Notes: a model not told the origin generated them from the sequence alone. 64,000 nt of DNA from Octopus sinensis (GCF_006345805.1 NC_042997.1:50654001-50718000); one strand, 5' to 3'. Counted from the stretch's first letter, positions 26,359-41,247 are shown. A program made the numbers and translations.

Positions 26359-28779
26359 ATATATATATATATATTATATATATATATACCGAATTATAAG
26401 AACACATAATGCACACACAAAAACATAAGTGTGTGCTTGTATTTTCATCGTGTTACCTCCAAATCTATAGAATCCTGTCATCCAAATTCATAGAGATCTG
26501 CTAAACTTTAGGATACTTTCACTTTGTATTAACTTCTAATCACACGTTGAACCGAACTACTTTTATTTCCACCCGGAAACCTCAATATTTTAAATATTAT
26601 TTTCCTAGGCTATTGTTTACGTGTACACGTAAACAATATTTTATAATTAAGTGAACGAGTTAGAAGTTACGAAAGTTGGTCTGGTCACTAAGTACCACAA
26701 ATGTAAATATTTTGTTTCTTTTGAAGACAAATTCATCAGATTTATTGCGTTTATGTTTGGGAGGTGGTCATATGAATGACTCAGCAGTTGCGTTAAAACG
26801 TGAATTATTCCAATAGACGTGATATTTCCAAGGTACTATATATAAATTTCGAAAAGACATCATATAGTATTGGAAGGTCATGTCTTGACATCTGGTAGCA
26901 GCCTCTGATTGAGTGTGTACTACAGATTTATCACATAATGAAATATACATCATGAAATTTTATAGGATTCTATATTTCACATTTTATCAGTTATTTTGTG
27001 AAGTTTTTAGAGTTTTTTTCAAGGACTGTTCCACTAACAGTTCTTCTGAAATGTGCGGCAAAAACCCCCATAAGTACCCCTTTGTCTATACACAAATGTT
27101 TCTTTTCCGGATCCCTCTTAAGATAGATATCGCAAGCATGTTGTGAGTGCATGCATCTATGACAGTATTTTTTGTGGTTTTTCATCTTTTGAATTTCTCT
27201 CCTGTGCAGAAAAACATTAGCCTTGAAACAAAGCTGTTTCATTAAAATTTAGACAACATTAAGGAGGTAGTTATGTACGCATGTATATATGTATATGTCA
27301 CTTTCTCTTTTTTAAATTTAGAGCAAATTTTCACCGGCCACCTACTTAGTATTAAGATGGTGAAGGAAAGCGCCTTCTTTTAACCAGCATCCTTTCAATC
27401 TTTACCCATTAACTGCCAAAGTTTTTCTTCGTATTTTTGCGCTTTGTCAGGTGTTTTAAGAGTTAAAATAATATATATTATTCAAATTTTCTTCATATGT
27501 GAATTATTTTGGAAATTGTGATAATATTTCGAAAAGTCCTAAATGGGGATCGCGGAAAAAAGCATATTTATGCTTTTCTATTCAAGTGCAATACTGAACA
27601 TTTTAGTTTTTTGAAACTATAGTATCAAATGTGAATGTGTATGAAATATCAATGAATGATATACATGAGAAATGCAAAAAGAAAAAACAGAAAAAGTAAG
27701 CATTTTCAAAATAGTCTGTATTTTTGTAGTTCAAAAATTGCAATATATAATACAAAATGTCCTCTAGAATTAGCGAGAGCTAATAATGACAAACTTTAAC
27801 TTCTAAATATAGTTAAACACTCCTCTGCAAATGCAATGTACATAAGAAATTCACTTTAAATACGACGAACAACCGGCAGTGAGACTGTTTTTAACAGATC
27901 CTCAAATGGGGTTCATGGCAGGCAATGGGCTAAGGTCTTGCAGAATTTTTTTGTTCCAGATATCGTGATCATTTGTAGCGTATGAATGAAGAATTTACGT
28001 TCTCTCCCAAAGATCCCAGGTCCAGTCATACCATGCTCAAATATGTATGTATGAAAGCTTACATATACGCAAGCATACGCATGCATATGCTTCCATGTGT
28101 CTAAGTATAGATTTCACTACATGAATAGATGCATGTTTTCACTTATGTATATACATACATATGCTTTCATATGTTTACACAGGCATATATACACTTATCA
28201 CATACTAAAACACTGGTAAGTTTTACGTACGTTTACGAATGGCTCCGTAAAGGTTCTCTCATTGGTTTGTATGTATAAATGGATGGTTTGATGGATGTTC
28301 TAGTAATTATATCCTAATCATTAAATCAATAGCATAAATTTCTGCTGGTATCAGAAACAGTATTAATTCATGTGAAAACTGATGACCTTCGGAAAAAAAA
28401 GAAAGAAAGAAAGAAAAGCAGAGGTAAAAATGGTCAATTAGATTGGTATCATTTGTTTTTGTGTGACCAAGAGTGAATCAATATTATTTTTAAATTGTAA
28501 AGTTAAATTTATGGCTTTGTAAGCTGTCGGGTATTGAAATGGTGTAAGATGCAATAAATTATGGTAATTTTCCGATTCACAAAGACGGCATCTCTTTTAC
28601 TTAAAAAGCTACACAATGAAAAAATATTGGTGAAAAGTAAAACATCGAATGTAATAACAGTAATTGCATCACAGTTTACAATGAAGTTTAATCTATGAGG
28701 CTATAATCACATAAAGCAAAGCAAAGATCTTAAATACTATGTTTACCTAGAATAGATCTACGCGAAGACCAAACTAATA

Positions 28780-28980
28780 TCTTTTGTATTTGTCTTTTAC
28801 TTGTTTCAATCATTAGATTGCGGTCATGCGGAGGTACCGCCTTGAAGAATTTTAGTCGAAAGAATCGACACCAATACTTATTTTTTAAAGCCTGGTACTT
28901 ATTATATCGGTATCTTATATCGAACCGACATCGTTTGAAAAACGGTGGTGAGAGACAAACAGACTGACTCAAAGACACAC
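28780..28980 (-). mobile_element. SINE family A tail fragment
   Basis: Homologous to 100-300. Confidence 0.7.
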
Positions 28981-28984
28981 TAAT

Positions 28985-29189
<205 letters not shown>

Positions 29190-29190
<1 letters not shown>

Positions 29191-29420
29191 TTTCTTCAAC
29201 CATTTTGATTGAACTTCTAAATTATGTTTTAGCATCTCAAAATATTCTTTTGGTTTGTCCTTATGTTTTGGATGATTTGTTATCAAATGACGTTGAAGTT
29301 TACTGGGAGCCATCGCTTCACTTGAGAGTATTATTAAACAAATCATACAAAAACGAACCGAGTTGTCTTTTCCCGGTAATATAAAACCTTGTTGGATGTA
29401 ATTTTCATTATAATTTCGTT
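29190..29420 (-). mobile_element. hAT (Buster/Charlie-type) transposase N-terminal remnant
   Basis: YIQQGF...CMICLIILSSEAMAPSKLQRHLITNHP resembles the BED-finger region of Buster/ZBED5-like transposases. Confidence 0.75.
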
Positions 29421-30531
29421 TGGATTAATTCCTCTTAGTGTTCCATGCACATGTTAAAAGTAGCAGCCAGATCTCTTTCAAAGAACTTTTCGCAGTCTTA
29501 ATTACGAAAAGAACAGATAAAACAATCCTAGATATCTCTTTAAAATTTACAGGATGATCACAACTAGAAAGGCTGCACGGTCAGAACTGACTTGGATCTA
29601 AAAAAACAATATCAATATTAATATTAATATTTCCCTTAATTCCAGGCAAAATACGCTGTGTGCCAATTTTGAAGTCTATTCAGTTATTTATTAAACATAA
29701 TCATTTAATGATTCTGGTAATATCTTTTTATATGACATTATTCATTACTTTATCCATCCATGCCATCATCCGTAATTCTCGCTGTCTCCTTCCCTCCCAC
29801 TTTTGATCCTAATTCTAATTTTCATCGTTAAGATTTATGGTGAGTTGCAATGCTTGATATTGTATTATTGGTGTTTGTTTATGAGGATGGATTCACTGCT
29901 TGCATATGTCACGTGAGTGCATTTTGTGGTTATCATATTAATGTATCTGCAAAGTTATTCTACATTTAATCGAAACATTACACAAAGACATGCGTATAAT
30001 ATCTGTAAATGCACGGCCTAATGTTTTAATCCCTTCCACCATATAATATTTCTTTTTTTTTTGTTCTCTATATTTCTTATCTCAATAAAGACTATATCAC
30101 TTTACCACATGTTCCAAACACTTTCATTGTTGAACCTTTTCAAGATTCTTTAAACTCAAACGACAGACATTAAGATTTTACGCTTTCTTTTGTCACTACG
30201 CCGTTATTTTCGTACTCTGTAAAACGTATAACGTTTAATTTAGTTCGATATTTTTGACACTTCTTGTACAAATAGGGATAATTATGACGGCTCTCCACGT
30301 TATAATTGATGACGTTATTTCTATTAATATTATTAGTGGAGTTATCGGTGAAGTTGCTGTTCTGCTCTTGATGTAATTAAGTGTATAAATAGAGATCAAT
30401 CAATGTTTAACTTCAAGCAAACTATTTTTACGCCATATCAGGGGATGGGCCAGTCGAACATATTGGCTCAACTATACGTCATAGATCAGACTAAAACGAG
30501 TCGTGAATTTCTTAAAATTCCAACTATAATA

Positions 30532-30928
30532 TCTTTATATATAAAAGAGAGGTTGTGTGCTGTCTGTCTCCTACGATTTAGATTCCTAACTACTCCCACA
30601 TTTTGCGGTGCAGTTTAACCAAAACCGGGTATTTTATAGTCGTGATTCATATCGAGCCCTTCTGGGTATTAGCGCGCGTCTACGATGAGTCTACGATTAA
30701 AAAAAAAAAATTACCATCAATTTTTCCCATTTTTAATGCATTTTTGGCATATATAAGGGAAGTAACTCTCTAAAAATTTATTATTAAATCTCAGAACGTA
30801 AAAAGCTACAGTAACAACCCTCCGTTGTGGTTAGCCATATTGAGATGGCTATTATACTTTACATCTCTAAAAATGCTTATATAGTTATTTCCCTTACAAA
30901 CCCGAGCAACGCCGGGCGATACTGCTAG
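30532..30928 (+). mobile_element. Non-autonomous Helitron
   Basis: A|TC 5' end, subterminal hairpin CCCGAGCAACGCCGGG, CTAG|T 3' end, no TSD. Confidence 0.8.
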
Positions 30929-31209
30929 TGTATTAATAAAGCCGTTGCTTTTTATCTAATTTAACGGTAAAAAATCTCTTATTCACTGCGATCCTGTTTT
31001 TTTGTCTTGAGTTTATTTTGCAAAATCTAAAAAGTAAATTACAGAAAGAATCATGCTTGTATCGATATATTTTGTCGAAAGGAAAATACTTTTCTACCAC
31101 CATATGCCGAGGTGGACGTGTCCTACGTCCATGAGGAGCTGAGTCAAACTCTTATTGACTGAAAACAATTCCTACTCAATGTGTTGAGTGCAACTACGTT
31201 CTTTCGTTA

Positions 31210-31630
31210 GCGCTGGGCAAGTGTTTTCTACTATAGTATTGGGCCGACCGAAGGCTTGTGAGTGGATTTCAGAGAAGGAAACTGAAAGAAGCCTGTCGTA
31301 CGTGTGTGTGTCTTTTGACAAATAGACAACGTAACATAGAGAAAGAGAAAGAGAGACAGACAAACAGATAAAGATAGAATTAAAATGTGCTTCAAGAAAA
31401 AAGTTGTTGTAACCGTCGCTACGCTGCCGGGTAACAAATATAAAATGACATCTGGTGTTGTGTGTTTGCGTACCCATAACTTAGCATTTCGGCAAGAGGT
31501 ACCGATATAATAAGTGCCAAGCTTTAAAAGAATAAGAACTGAGGTCGATTCATTCAACTAAAAATTTTTAAGGCGATGCTCCCACATAGTCACAGTCTAA
31601 TGGCTGAAACACATAAAAGATAAAAGATAC
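31210..31630 (+). mobile_element. SINE family A, diverged
   Basis: Core and tail homology. Confidence 0.7.
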
Positions 31631-31756
31631 ACAGGCTCTCTCCCTCCCTCTTCCCTCTCTCACTCATACACGCACACACCCACATACACACACACACACA
31701 AACATATGTATATACAGTATATATATATATAGAGAGAGAGAGTGAGATAGAAGATC

Positions 31757-31878
<122 letters not shown>

Positions 31879-32499
31879 CGTACACCTAGGTGGTTGATAG
31901 ATTGATTGAGTACCTTTACTTTTTTTTCCGGTATCTGATTGAAAGATGAAGCCAAGATCATAATACAAATAAAAAGTGTTATTTTAACATAAGCTGTACA
32001 TTAGCCAGATGTATTTCAGACTGGTTATTTTTATTGATATCTCAAGATTGTCGTCGACGGTAGACACTATCATGGGAAAATGACGGCGGTAGTTCCGTTT
32101 TTTTTAGTTGCATTTTTGTTTTTGTGATTCTAACTATGTATTACTGGTTTGTTGGTGTTTTTGTTTGCTTTTTCATCGTTATTTCTTGTTTTTTGCATTT
32201 ATATGTTTTTGTATGTGCATGTGCACTATTGCCTAGCTGCTTCTAAACTTGTCATTTTATATTTTACTTGTCCGTGACCGTCGCTACACTGCCGAGTAAT
32301 GACCTAGTCTAGATGAAATAGATCCTTCAGCAGAATCTTACTAGAATGACCAGACTGACATGCTCAACAACAACCTTTTATTATAGTGAAAGCCTTTTTT
32401 TAAAGTCTATGGTGCGTTGTCTATTTGTTGAAAGAAATACAGAAACACACATGCAGAAACAACCAAACTATATGTGTTATATCTATATGCATGTACATT

Positions 32500-32570
<71 letters not shown>

Positions 32571-33059
32571 TGTACATTTATATATATATATATATAATAT
32601 ATATATATATAATATATATATATATATATAGATATATATATATATTATATATATATATATATATTAGGGTTACGACTTTTTCACAACCTAATAACCCTGT
32701 ACTTTAATTCGATGAATAATTTCATAAAAGTCAGGAAACTAATATTTATTTTGCTTTATTTGAGAAGAACATGGCCCCAACTTAAGAAATCGATCGCCAC
32801 TTTTGATCCAAATGATACAAAATTCTAGTGGGGTGGGGTTCATAACTTGGTGTGCTAACTCACTGCAATACAGAAATAGTATATCTGAAATCTCAGCTTC
32901 CTAGTTGAAGTAGTGTCGGAGTTATAAGCTTTTAAAACAATAATCACTAGGTGGCACTATATTCACACTTCAGTATTTCTGCTACTTAAATCCCTGTAAA
33001 CGCAAGAGAGATATGAAATAAAAGTGTATTTATATATTTTTAAGCTTACTGAATTGAAA

Positions 33060-33480
33060 TTTATTATTAAATCTCTGAACGAGATGTAAACAGTAACCGC
33101 TCGACAATGTAAAGTATAATAGCCATCTCAATATGGCTAACCACTAGGGGTGGGTGTTACTGTAGCTTTTAGCCCCAGGAGATCATCGTCTCCAGCTGGC
33201 TTTAGGCACACTTTCTGTCCCCTTATGGCATACAGGCTTTCCCTTTCATCGTAATCCGGTGATTACCGCTCTTTGACAAGAGGCAACAGCCTCGAAACTG
33301 CGGTCGAGCGTATCACTTAGGCTTACAAGAAAGGGATGGCCTCCCTTTGCAAATACCATAAGAGCACAGAAAGTGTGCCTAAAGCCAGCTAGAGACGATG
33401 ATCTCCTGGGGCTAAAAGCTACAGTAACACCCACCCTTTGTGGTTAGCCATATTGAGATGGCTATTATACTTTACATTGA
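33060..33480. mobile_element. Inverted pair of a hammerhead-bearing repeat nested in the hATm
   Basis: 33105-33228 is the reverse complement of 33356-33479; third copy at 37420-37700. Confidence 0.8.
33267..33310 (+). ncRNA. Degenerate minimal hammerhead motif
   Basis: CGCUC-[UUUGACAA]-GAGGC(AACA)GCCUC-GAAAC(UGCG)GUC-GAGCG; core mutated. Confidence 0.55.
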
Positions 33481-35787
33481 ACTGAAATTGCTTTATGCAA
33501 AGGTTCGAAACTAGGCTATTTTAGAGACTGGCCACTACAAGTATTCGATAACATACAAAATTTAAAACAATACATATTTTTAACTTTATAGATTTAATTC
33601 CAATTTTAAATAACTGTATAAGAAAATGAGTGCTGAATGTTAGCAAATATTTAAACATAACAAAGAATTAATATGTTTTGTTAGATAAAATAAATCGTAT
33701 CTGAAGTTTCTTCTTCTTTTTGCAAATATCATAAAGATCTTGGCGGCACTTGAATTCCCGTTCCGCACTCTGATTAGTTCTGGAGATTTCCAGTTTTGAT
33801 GGTTCTCGACTCCAAAAGATTTTTACAGAATCCATTGTTTTTTTTTATGAACTTGCAGGCTACCACATAACTACTGATAATTATGTGCATTGAACATTTG
33901 GTTACTAAATCAAAATTCTGTCCAACTGTAAGAGATGAATCGGCAAACATTGAGAAGCAAAAATATTTTCTCTGGTAGAAGAATAAATGCCAAAATAGCT
34001 AATATTGCTCGAGAACTCCATCTTACATTACTTAAGTTCGGCAGTTTTTGAAACCTTACAGAAGGAAATTTTCCGGTTTCTTCAAAGAAACGAAAACTGT
34101 GGTCAGATGAAATAGAAATTTCATGTCATCTCGCCAGCCTATTGATTCGGTAATATTTTCTTCACCATAGCTAAAATTAACCTGGAGTTTCTCGTATTTA
34201 CTTAGAAGCTCTGGAATGAATTGTGAGATTACTTTTTTTCTCCAAGTTCGTTATCCATTACAACACGAAGAACTCTGTCAAAGGTATGATGCTGACAACC
34301 AATAAATTGTGGTTCTTTCAAACCCTTTTGAGCAAATAATCTTTGCAACTGAATGACAATGCCATTTCTACACTCAGTGTTCACACTCGTTGTATCAGCG
34401 ACAATCATCCTTACACAGTTCCATAAATTGTATTCATCTAAAGCAGTATCGGCTTTTCTGTTTATTCTTTAAAACTAGCACTTGGTATTCTTGGTCATCG
34501 ATACGTTTACCATCGAAATGCAATGACCAGTTTTCTAAATGTAGTGTTTTCTTCATTTTCTTTTATAGTGTAACAGCTTCTTTGATAGTCGATCTGTAAA
34601 TACAAGATTGGGAAGGAGTCTTGACATTGATTCCATTTTGAGATAATTGTCGACAAACTGTTGTTGTTTTTTTGGGTTGACAGCTTAGAAGATATTACTA
34701 ACTTGGTTGCAGTTCCAGTTTTGCCATACTTCCACCTTGTTTGTGTGGATTCTTCATCTGTTTCTTGGGACTCTTGATATTCACTTTGAGTCTCTACTTC
34801 AGACGTTGATAATGACACTGGAGTTGCTCTGGTTGAAGTTGGCATTAAGGACACTTTTCTTCTTTTGGATGGATTGTTAGTTTTGAAACTGGCTGCCTAT
34901 CTAATTGCATACCTAACCTGTCCCTTGCTTTCAATTTCAAGATGATATAACCTTCCATCCTTACTGTACAACCATTCACCGTTTTCCTTTGTGATGTGAA
35001 AATTTCCTTTCAATGAATCGTATTTTCCTTGTTTTACACATTTATCGTAGGTATTCAGCACTTTTTCTACTTTTGCTACTACATTTTGAATTGATTTCTT
35101 TTGCCATAAAAATGTTACTTCTGTCGAAATTTCCTTCCTTCTTTCTTTCTTTCTTTTGATGGTACCTCCAAGGAACAAGTAGCGACCGACAATTTGAAGT
35201 TTCATTGGCATCCTGCAGTTGTTTTCCAAAGAATGCTCTTCTAGAGGAACAGGTCTTCTTTTCCTATGTGATTCATGAAATTGCACAAGATTCTTCGTCC
35301 AGATTTTTTGTTTCGTTGAGTGTCACAAGCACATCTCTTATGTGACATTATTTTAGATAGTCTAGTTGGATAAGCCTACTATTCTGAAAGGTAGTTAATA
35401 TAGTCAGAGTTTTTAGCGTCACAGAAAAAAGAGAGAGGAAGAGGATTTTTCCTAAAGTAGGGCCTAAGTGGTAACAAACTAAAAACTCTATAACTCCTAA
35501 ACTACTTAAACTTGAAAGCTGAAATTTGAGATATACTGCTTCTGCACTGCATTACGTCAGCGCGCCAAGTTTAGTAAAAACTTGAGTAGGCATTATGAAC
35601 TCCCTACCTAGGATTTTGACTGATTTGAGTCAAAAGTGGTGTTAGATTTCTTCAGGTGGGGGTAACTTTTTTTTAAAAACCTTAAAATAAAGGTTATTTT
35701 CCCTGCTTATAGGAAATTGTTTATCGACTTTTGATACAGGAAATTGTTTACTTCCCCAAAAAGTCAAAAAGTCATAAACCCTAATAT

Positions 35788-35820
<33 letters not shown>

Positions 35821-36516
35821 TCTTTCATTCTTATTCTTTATATGTTTCATCCTTGAGGCTGTAGCCATGGTGGGGCATATATAAATAGTTATTTTTGAAG
35901 TTTATGTTGCGTTGTGTTGATAGACTTCCACTTGAAATCCCCGCGTTTACAATCAAAACTTGCTATCATAGTAACAACACTACTTCTCAAACTATCCATC
36001 CCTTTCTCGCTCTCGCTCTCCCTTTCTCTCTTTTTCTTTCTCTCTCTTTCTCTCTCATACTCTTTTTCTCTCTCTCATTGTATTTCTTTCTCAACATTTT
36101 CTCCGCCCCTTCTAAATATACGTTGTGACAAGAGTTATCTCTCCTTTTGATTCCTCGCCTTCTTCCCTCCCTCTCACACATGTTCTGACGGACAGACAGA
36201 TGGAGATCAGCTTCTTTTTATAATGTAAGATTTATTTTTCTTTCAGAATACCGAATTACTGTCTGTGTGTGTCAGTATATTTATATTTGTATATGATGGC
36301 TATTCATCCTTCGAGCCACGTTCAAGTCTTGACCATATGCTCTTTATTTCTCATACTATCATAGTCAGACTTCCATTATTCAATGTGTCGTTTCCTTTTG
36401 ATTTTTTGATTTTATTCATATCGATTAATCACTGTAGATATCGATGCCTTCGTTCAAGTTGATCTTTTCATTAGAAGCAGCTGCTGTTGCAACAGCAATA
36501 TCGAAAACACAACAGC

Positions 36517-36560
<44 letters not shown>

Positions 36561-36751
36561 ATGGGATGGGATGATGATGATGGCAGTAGTGGTGATTAGT
36601 GTGGTGATGGTTGTAGTAGTAGTAGTAGTAGTAGTAGTAGCAGTAGCAGCAGCAGCGGTAGCAGTAGCAGTTGTAGTAGTAGTGATGGTCGGAGGTGGGT
36701 GATGGTGGTGGTGGTGGTGGTGGTGGTTGTCGTAATATTAGCAGCAGCAGC

Positions 36752-36811
<60 letters not shown>

Positions 36812-36812
36812 T
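36517..36812. repeat. (TAG)n/(GGT)n/(CAG)n compound repeat
   Basis: Direct reading. Confidence 0.95.
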
Positions 36813-37419
36813 ATTAATTGTTGTTGTTTGTTTTATCACAGGAGTTGATCTAATTACAAGTAGCGTATCGAATCTGATTGCTGAAGACGATAATGACGTG
36901 TGTGGGTGAGGGAGCTGATTGTGGTGGTGTTGGCAGCAGTGATTTTAGAGGGGTCGAATAAAAGGGGGGAGATATAATATGGTAGAGTTTGGATAACGGT
37001 ATATAATATGGTAGAAAGGGGATAACGGCAATAACTAATAGTAATGGTGGCGGCGGTGGTGGTGGTGGTGGTGGCGGCGGTGGTGGTGGTGGTGGTGGTG
37101 GTGGTGGTGATTGTGTCGATGATGTTGCTGGTGGTGGTTGTTTTGGGAAAACTTCGATAACAACATGAAGAATATGAATAATGATTGATTCTCTTAATAG
37201 TAATGAATATTGCGATGAGTGACATGAGGAACGTTGTAATGAGGACGTGAATGCTGTTGCCTTAACTGTTAGTAGTATCTGTAACAAATTTACTATTCCA
37301 GATTTGAGAAATATATCAAGTCTCAATTCTTGCACGAAAAATAAAACTGCATCCGCGAAATCATGCAAAAAGAAAAAAAAATTCAAATTTAGCAAATACC
37401 ATTTAAGAATAGCAATAAT

Positions 37420-37700
37420 AAATCTCTGAACGAGATGTAAACAGTAACTGCTCGACAAAGTAAAGTATACTAGCCATCTCGATATGGCTAACCACTAAGG
37501 GTGGGTGTTACTGTAGCTTTTAGCCCCAGGAGATCATCGTCTCCAGCTGGCTTTAGGCACACTTTCTGTGCCCTAATGGTATTTGCAAAGGGAGGTCATC
37601 CCTCTCTCGTAAACCTAAGTGATACGCACGGACTGCAGTTTCTCGGTATTTGCCTTCTCCGGCGTACGGTAATCACCGGTTTTCGATGAAGGGAGACCTA
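37420..37700 (-). mobile_element. Copy of the 33060-33480 repeat with degenerate hammerhead at 37625-37668
   Basis: CGUACG-CCGGAGA...GAAAC(UGCA)GUC-CGUGCG on the minus strand. Confidence 0.7.
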
Positions 37701-37972
37701 TTTGCAAATACTTATTGTTTTTCCAGTAACTTCCGTCACTGATTTCGAAATATTTACGATGAAAGTAACTATATTTTCCTTATACGCAACTGCCATTTTT
37801 AGATCGTTGCTATGCTTATCATTATAAATTATCTGGTGCTATCGATGTTTTTATAGAAGTAGTTACTTTTTATTGTGGCTTTTAACCGTTTGCCCTGTGC
37901 AATTCCTTGATTCTTTGGCCTGCATTTGCACAGTATTGCAGACATCTGATATTGTTATATCGATTATGCAAG

Positions 37973-38760
37973 GTGCATTCCAGTTTTGAGATGTTTTGAG
38001 ATGTTTTCAGGAGAGATATTTATTAAGTATAAAAATCTAATATCCTTCAAAGTAGGATCTTCTGACTTCACTGCATTTGTTGTAACATTCCAGTCATTTC
38101 TTGAAGGAGGTCCTACAAATTGACCTTTACCACAACCGCCTTAATCTTTTCAATGTCTTTTAAAACGACTGCCCCTGAGATTCTCCTTCAGCTTGGAGGA
38201 CAACCAAAACTCACAGGAAGCAAAATATGGGCTGTAAGATGGGTGATGGACAATTTTGATACCAGTCTCTACTAAATAGTTGGTTGTCAGGATGATATTG
38301 TAAACTGGTGCAATGTTCTGATGCAGGTGCCACTGACCCCTTTTTCGACAAAATCTCTTCCTGCACTCTCTTAAACCCTTTACAAAGTACTATTTGTTGG
38401 ATGCCTAGCCAGAGGGAACCCAGTGAATGTAAATGATGCTCTTGCTATCGAAAAAGGGTACCATGAAATCCTGTTGGACTTGCTTTGCCAGGCCTTCTTG
38501 GGTCTGGTGAAACCAGGATGCTTTCATTGGACACTCTATCTCTTGGTCTCCAGATCACCACAGAAGATCCAGCTTTCGTAACCGGTCACCAGAGATTCAA
38601 ATACTCTAGGATTGGAGGTAATGAGTTTAACCATTTCTCTGCTTTCATCAACCCGTCTTTCCTTCTTTTCCTCGCCGAACAACCTGGAACAAACTTTGCA
38701 CAAATTTTGTGAAGGTTCAGATCTTCATAATTTTGAGTACATTTTTCTCACCAGTCGAGC
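37973..38760 (-). mobile_element. Degenerate mariner transposase fragment
   Basis: Minus-strand remnants WHLHQNIAP and HPSYSPYFASCEFWL. Confidence 0.7.
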
Positions 38761-40139
38761 AATCACGTATATTCTCACTCTTTGGCTCATTTTTAAAAGT
38801 AGTAGAGCAAAGGATATTCGTAGAAGCAATGACAGAAAACAGAACAGAACCAATAACAAGCGCTATAATACCAACAAGAATAATAAGAAAATCTACGGCT
38901 GCAGTAGGGGCGGCAACATTGCAAGCGACGATAATACACTGAACATCACGCGAGGGTTTTTGTTTGGACAAAACTTGATATTATTCAATATACATGAAGA
39001 TATCAAATTTCCGTTAAAATACGAAAGAAGACATGAAACTATTACAAAGGATGACTAGAGACAGAGATAACTGTAGAAGTCCTTAACTCTTCTATGCGTT
39101 CACTCAGATAATCATCTTTCCCTCATTCATTGCTTCTAAGATATTCAGGTAACCCACTAAAATTTAAACACTGAATTGTAAGGTCGAATCAAGAGAGATT
39201 TGATTAGCACTAAAATATATCATGGGGTTGAGAGTTTCACCCGTAAATGCACAAGACAGCTTTCAGTCTGAATATCGGAACAAGTCACATAAACTTCTTT
39301 GTGAGGAAATGATGTGAGGTGTTGCAAAGGATTTTTGGCTATTGGCAGACAGGAAGCAATTTCAGTTGTATAAATCGGAAAGTGGTCATAATGGAAACTT
39401 TCGGGGTTATGAATATTTCCTCTACAGTGTGTCGTTGGTCCAACAAGTCAGTTTGTATGCATGTGGACGCACGCGCGTGTGCTTACTGTCATGAGACCCA
39501 CAACAACAAATGCAATTTTGTGAACATTTTATCCAGGAGAGACTCCATTTTGTATGATACATTGTAGAAGAAACATTCAATATGTTTGGCTTCGATGGGC
39601 TTTTGTCATTTATGATTTATTGACAGTGATCAATAAATACTTGATTACGTGCTGGAAATTACGTGCACAAGATTATAGCCATTCCTTCTAAATATGTGGC
39701 CTTGTGTCAGTTTTAAGAAACTATCCTTTTGCAAACTAATGAGAGAATATCTACGTGGGCATACAAACTTCTAGAAATATCAGCCAAATCTCTCAAAAAT
39801 CGTACCCTGCAATATAAAAGTTTTACGTTCCGCTGATGGTTTTTATACTGGCATTTCGAATAAAATATATGTAAACAGTACTAAAGAAAGTAGTTCACTT
39901 GAAAATAGATTAGCAGAAATCGATTGAGTGTTGATCCATGAAACCAAAAATTAAAACTGTGCAGTTAATATACAAGTATGAATAAGAAAAGGACACATTA
40001 CATAGTTTAGTTCGGAAACACAGAAAAGAAAACGAGTCGTTTACGGGTAGAATGTCCTTCATCATAGCCTGAGATTTAAACAACAACAGCAACACCATTC
40101 TAATGAGCAGTAGGTGATTCTATTTGTGAATACAATACT

Positions 40140-40312
40140 AAATTCAAATTTTGGCTTAAGGCCAGCAATTTCGGGAGAGAGGTAAGTCGATTACATCTCC
40201 CCCGTTCTCAACTGGTACTTAATTTATCGACTTAAAACTGATCAAAAGCGAAAGTGACTTCAGTGGAATTTGAACTCAGAACGTAAAGGCGGTTGAAATG
40301 CCGCTAAACAAA
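40140..40312 (-). mobile_element. SINE family B, diverged
   Basis: Homologous to 8495-8695. Confidence 0.65.
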
Positions 40313-40974
40313 ATTGCTGCCCTGTTTGTGATAACAATATTGAGAGTAATTTAATGGACATTCTAACTCATCGTTTCTTGCATATCTTTCCGGCTTTCCC
40401 TCTCTTTTCTTTCTCTCTTTCTTTCCCCCTCTCATTTTCTTTTTATCTCTTTCATGCTCATTCGTATCATCTTTTATCTACCATCAGCAAATATTGACAT
40501 GCAATCGATAACGGAACACTAATTTACAGGAAGTGCTCTGATGTGGGTCCTTATGTTTACCGTCTTGCTTGGCAACTGATTTGAATCCAAGATCTAGACA
40601 AGGCTAGATGTTGAAAGTTAAGGCAACAGGTTGGTGTAGTTTTTAATCTCAAGTGACATTTACACATATGTTCTTATTCGGGCTAATCTATTAATGATTT
40701 TCTGTATTGCATATGCATATTAATGCATAAACATACGCACACATGTACACACAAACGCACATATATACTCACATGCACACGCAGATGCAGGCGTATAGAC
40801 ACATCCAACAGATGTGCCATAAGACAATCAAGTCTCTCAATTAGAGAATCCATGTTATCTTAAAGTACATTTTGTGTATCTTTTGTCTAATATGTTTTAT
40901 CCCTACCACAAGTGGGCCCTCATGGACAGACGCTAATCTCATAAAGGCACACACGTGCGCATAGGCGTAGATCA

Positions 40975-41247
40975 AGCGACAGATGGAAAGATGGATAGAG
41001 GAAGAAAGTGACGGACAAAGAAACAGATTGACAGACAGACAGACAGACAGATAGCCAAACAGAGGGAGAAACAGACAAACAGGCAGGTAGGAAAGTAGGG
41101 AGTTAGGTAGGGAGGGAGGTAGGTAGGGAGGTAGGGAGGTAGGGAGGTTGGTTGGTAAATAGGTTGGTGCATTGATGGATAGATGAATGCATAGATAGAT
41201 AAGTTGATAAATAATTGAAGTGATAAATAGATAGATAGATAGATAAG

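Larger units (their letters stand above)
32665..35783 (-). mobile_element. hATm-type DNA transposon with long imperfect TIRs and a decayed transposase
   Basis: TAGGG...CCCTA termini in (TA)n; ~270-bp imperfect inverted ends; minus-strand remnants SLHFDGK, ADTTSVNT, FIGCQHH. Confidence 0.7.

Noticed and set aside
25877-26428. 183-aa ORF
   Set aside because: Runs through (CA)n, a mariner remnant and (TA)n; no coherent protein
36850-37458. 202-aa poly-Pro ORF
   Set aside because: Stop-free simple repeat with no domain-like content
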